DNA of 20,000 nt, taken from the NCBI GenBank assembly GCA_002256025.1, contig NKIB01006075.1, positions 106,575 through 126,574 on the forward strand, in the 5' to 3' direction. This document shows positions 18,267-20,000 of the stretch, in pieces. The translations under genes were made by a program, and so were the position numbers. This DNA comes from Asterionella formosa (Eukaryota). How positions within the stretch are numbered: the first letter of the stretch is position 1; the number at the start of each line of letters is the position of its first letter. Below the pieces are notes generated by a model that saw only the letters and a list, made by a program, of their open reading frames with translations, was not told the origin of the DNA and did no database searches.

Positions 18267-20000
18267 TATGTGGAATGAACACTTCAAAAAATTAAAATTT
18301 GAATGTGACAGTTTGAAATTGGTAACTTTTTGGTTAAGACAGGGTATGTAATTTGAATCGAATCAAACTGCAGCTTTTAGTCTTTTAGTTATACTGTGTG
18401 TTTCTGAAGAAATTAAAGAATACATACATAAATAGCCAATGTATGATCACCCAATTGAAGTTACTAGTACTTAAATGATGAAATTCAAACCAAGTGAAAA
18501 TTTTATCGTAGATGATCATGTAATCTGTTATAAAGTAGAACATACAGTTATAGATTTTATGTCATCCATTTGTCTTTGACTCACAACATTGTCAATTGTA
18601 CATATTTTACATCTTTACAAGAAGATTTCCCACCCAAACCAAGTTTTATTTTACTGGATTGTTACTTGTTGATACTAGAATAACTGGTACCCGGTTTTTA
18701 TGTGCATGTCATAACACCAGTATGGCTGGAATCATGTTCAGGGTACTGCTTACCACCCAACGACAAGGTAGCCATTGTAGTCAATAGTATATAATTTTTC
18801 AACTGTGATAATGCCATTCTTCATGAAATTCTTCTCACCTCACATATCAATCACTTGAACTTCTCATCTGTCAGATCATCCCTCTTTTTTTCAACTCGTT
18901 TTATGGGTGATTGTGGAGTTTTCCATGAAAATATCTCACTATGTTTAATTAGTCATGTCAGGAATTTACAGTTGATATGCTTCATTTCGAATGTCATTGA
19001 TTGTTATGGCACAGGAACATGCAACATTTTGTTAGTGTGTATTTGGGAATGTCAAAATAGTCTATTTTTACACAAAGTCAATTTTCTGTTGGAAACTTGC
19101 TTATTTTAATTCCCCGTTTAAAAAGAAGGTGATGCCAGCTGAATGGATTGAATTCAGTCCTTTCTCATCAACAGCAACCGTAGGTCCTACTTATGTAACT
19201 AGTGCAAGATACATGATGAGTTCTAATGCCAATATCGGTCAGTATATAAATCGCTATAACATTGCTTGAGTAATTGTGTTCGTGTCTAGCATATTTAGTT
19301 CAAAACATGAATTTACTAGATATAACATTGCTTGGTTCCAAGTTCAAAATCTTAAAGCATTTTCTCTCAGGTCTTGTTAGATGGTGAAGTCCCCACAAGC
19401 TCCTCACTCGTTTGCTCTACATCTACATCTGCATGCATGCATACCAGTTCTTATTTACTACAGAGGTGGTGAATCAACACTCACTTTGATCACTTTGAGG
19501 AACTGGTGACTTTTTTGAGCATCTCCAATGTGTATGGGCGTATTCTTGACTTTCGCAATACATTGCCAAATTAGGACTTCATCAATTAGGATTCCCAGCC
19601 TGGTATGATCCTAGTTTAAAAGTACCAGGCAAAAACTGCTTAAAGCTGAAAGTCTTGTAGAAAATTTTACTATTTGTTCATTTCATTTGTATCAGAGTTT
19701 TGGACGTACAGTAACAACCTGTAACGGAATACTAATTTGCCAAAGAAGAATGCCCCAAAAGGGGGCACCTGCTAGGTTGAAAATTTCTTGTACTTTGAAT
19801 GTAATTAAAGCATTCGCAATCAACAAATCGAATGGAGCTTCCAACAAGTTTTACTCAGTCTAGACCTCAATCATTGTTGCGGTTATCATCTGTAACAAAG
19901 CAACTCAATATTCCCAGGACGCCCATTCCACCAGATTTTCAATGAGGAAGCCACTCCTTGGCAACAGTACTTGCAGTGGCTTGATTCATGAGGAGCCGCT

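Noticed and set aside
18009..18287. Leu-rich (18028-18237 +) and Ser/Arg-rich (18009-18287 -) ORFs
   Set aside because: They are by-products of the ACT/CCT/GCT codons of the Pro/Thr/Ala-rich pseudogene in another frame.
19740..20000. Possible retroelement or gene relic at the right edge, with a small TGCCCC/GGGGCA hairpin near 19751
   Set aside because: No RT, integrase or other motif is identifiable in the truncated sequence, and a 6-bp stem is expected by chance.

Overview
This is eukaryotic nuclear DNA, most likely from a diatom or another stramenopile. That is inferred from short GT-AG introns, an RNA Pol I subunit, a Rab GTPase, a bipartite-like targeting peptide and a diatom-style Cys-rich/Pro-Thr surface protein. 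Five intact genes are well supported: RPA12 (469-828, -), a 3-exon MHS/ProP-like MFS transporter (7214-8810, -), a GNAT acetyltransferase (10228-10962, -), a divergent Rab11-like GTPase (15180-15866, +) and a 2-exon calcineurin-like metallophosphoesterase-fold protein that appears to have lost its metal ligands (16265-17295, -). The window also holds the 3' end of a gene at the left edge. AT-rich, CpG-poor blocks of decayed sequence separate the genes. They include a head-to-head pair of dead paralogous genes forming a ~1 kb diverged inverted repeat (~1720-5000), two tandem duplications with the same 214-bp period, a 1-kb element with perfect 19-bp inverted repeats, an adjacent 474-bp MITE, and a pseudogene for a GPI-anchor-like mucin protein. 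The most unusual window-wide signal is a strong non-coding enrichment of the palindrome TACCGGTA and its CpG-decay variants, which may be transposon excision footprints or a promoter/boundary motif. I found no clear multi-gene novel system, and the hypotheses below are untested inferences from manual reading.
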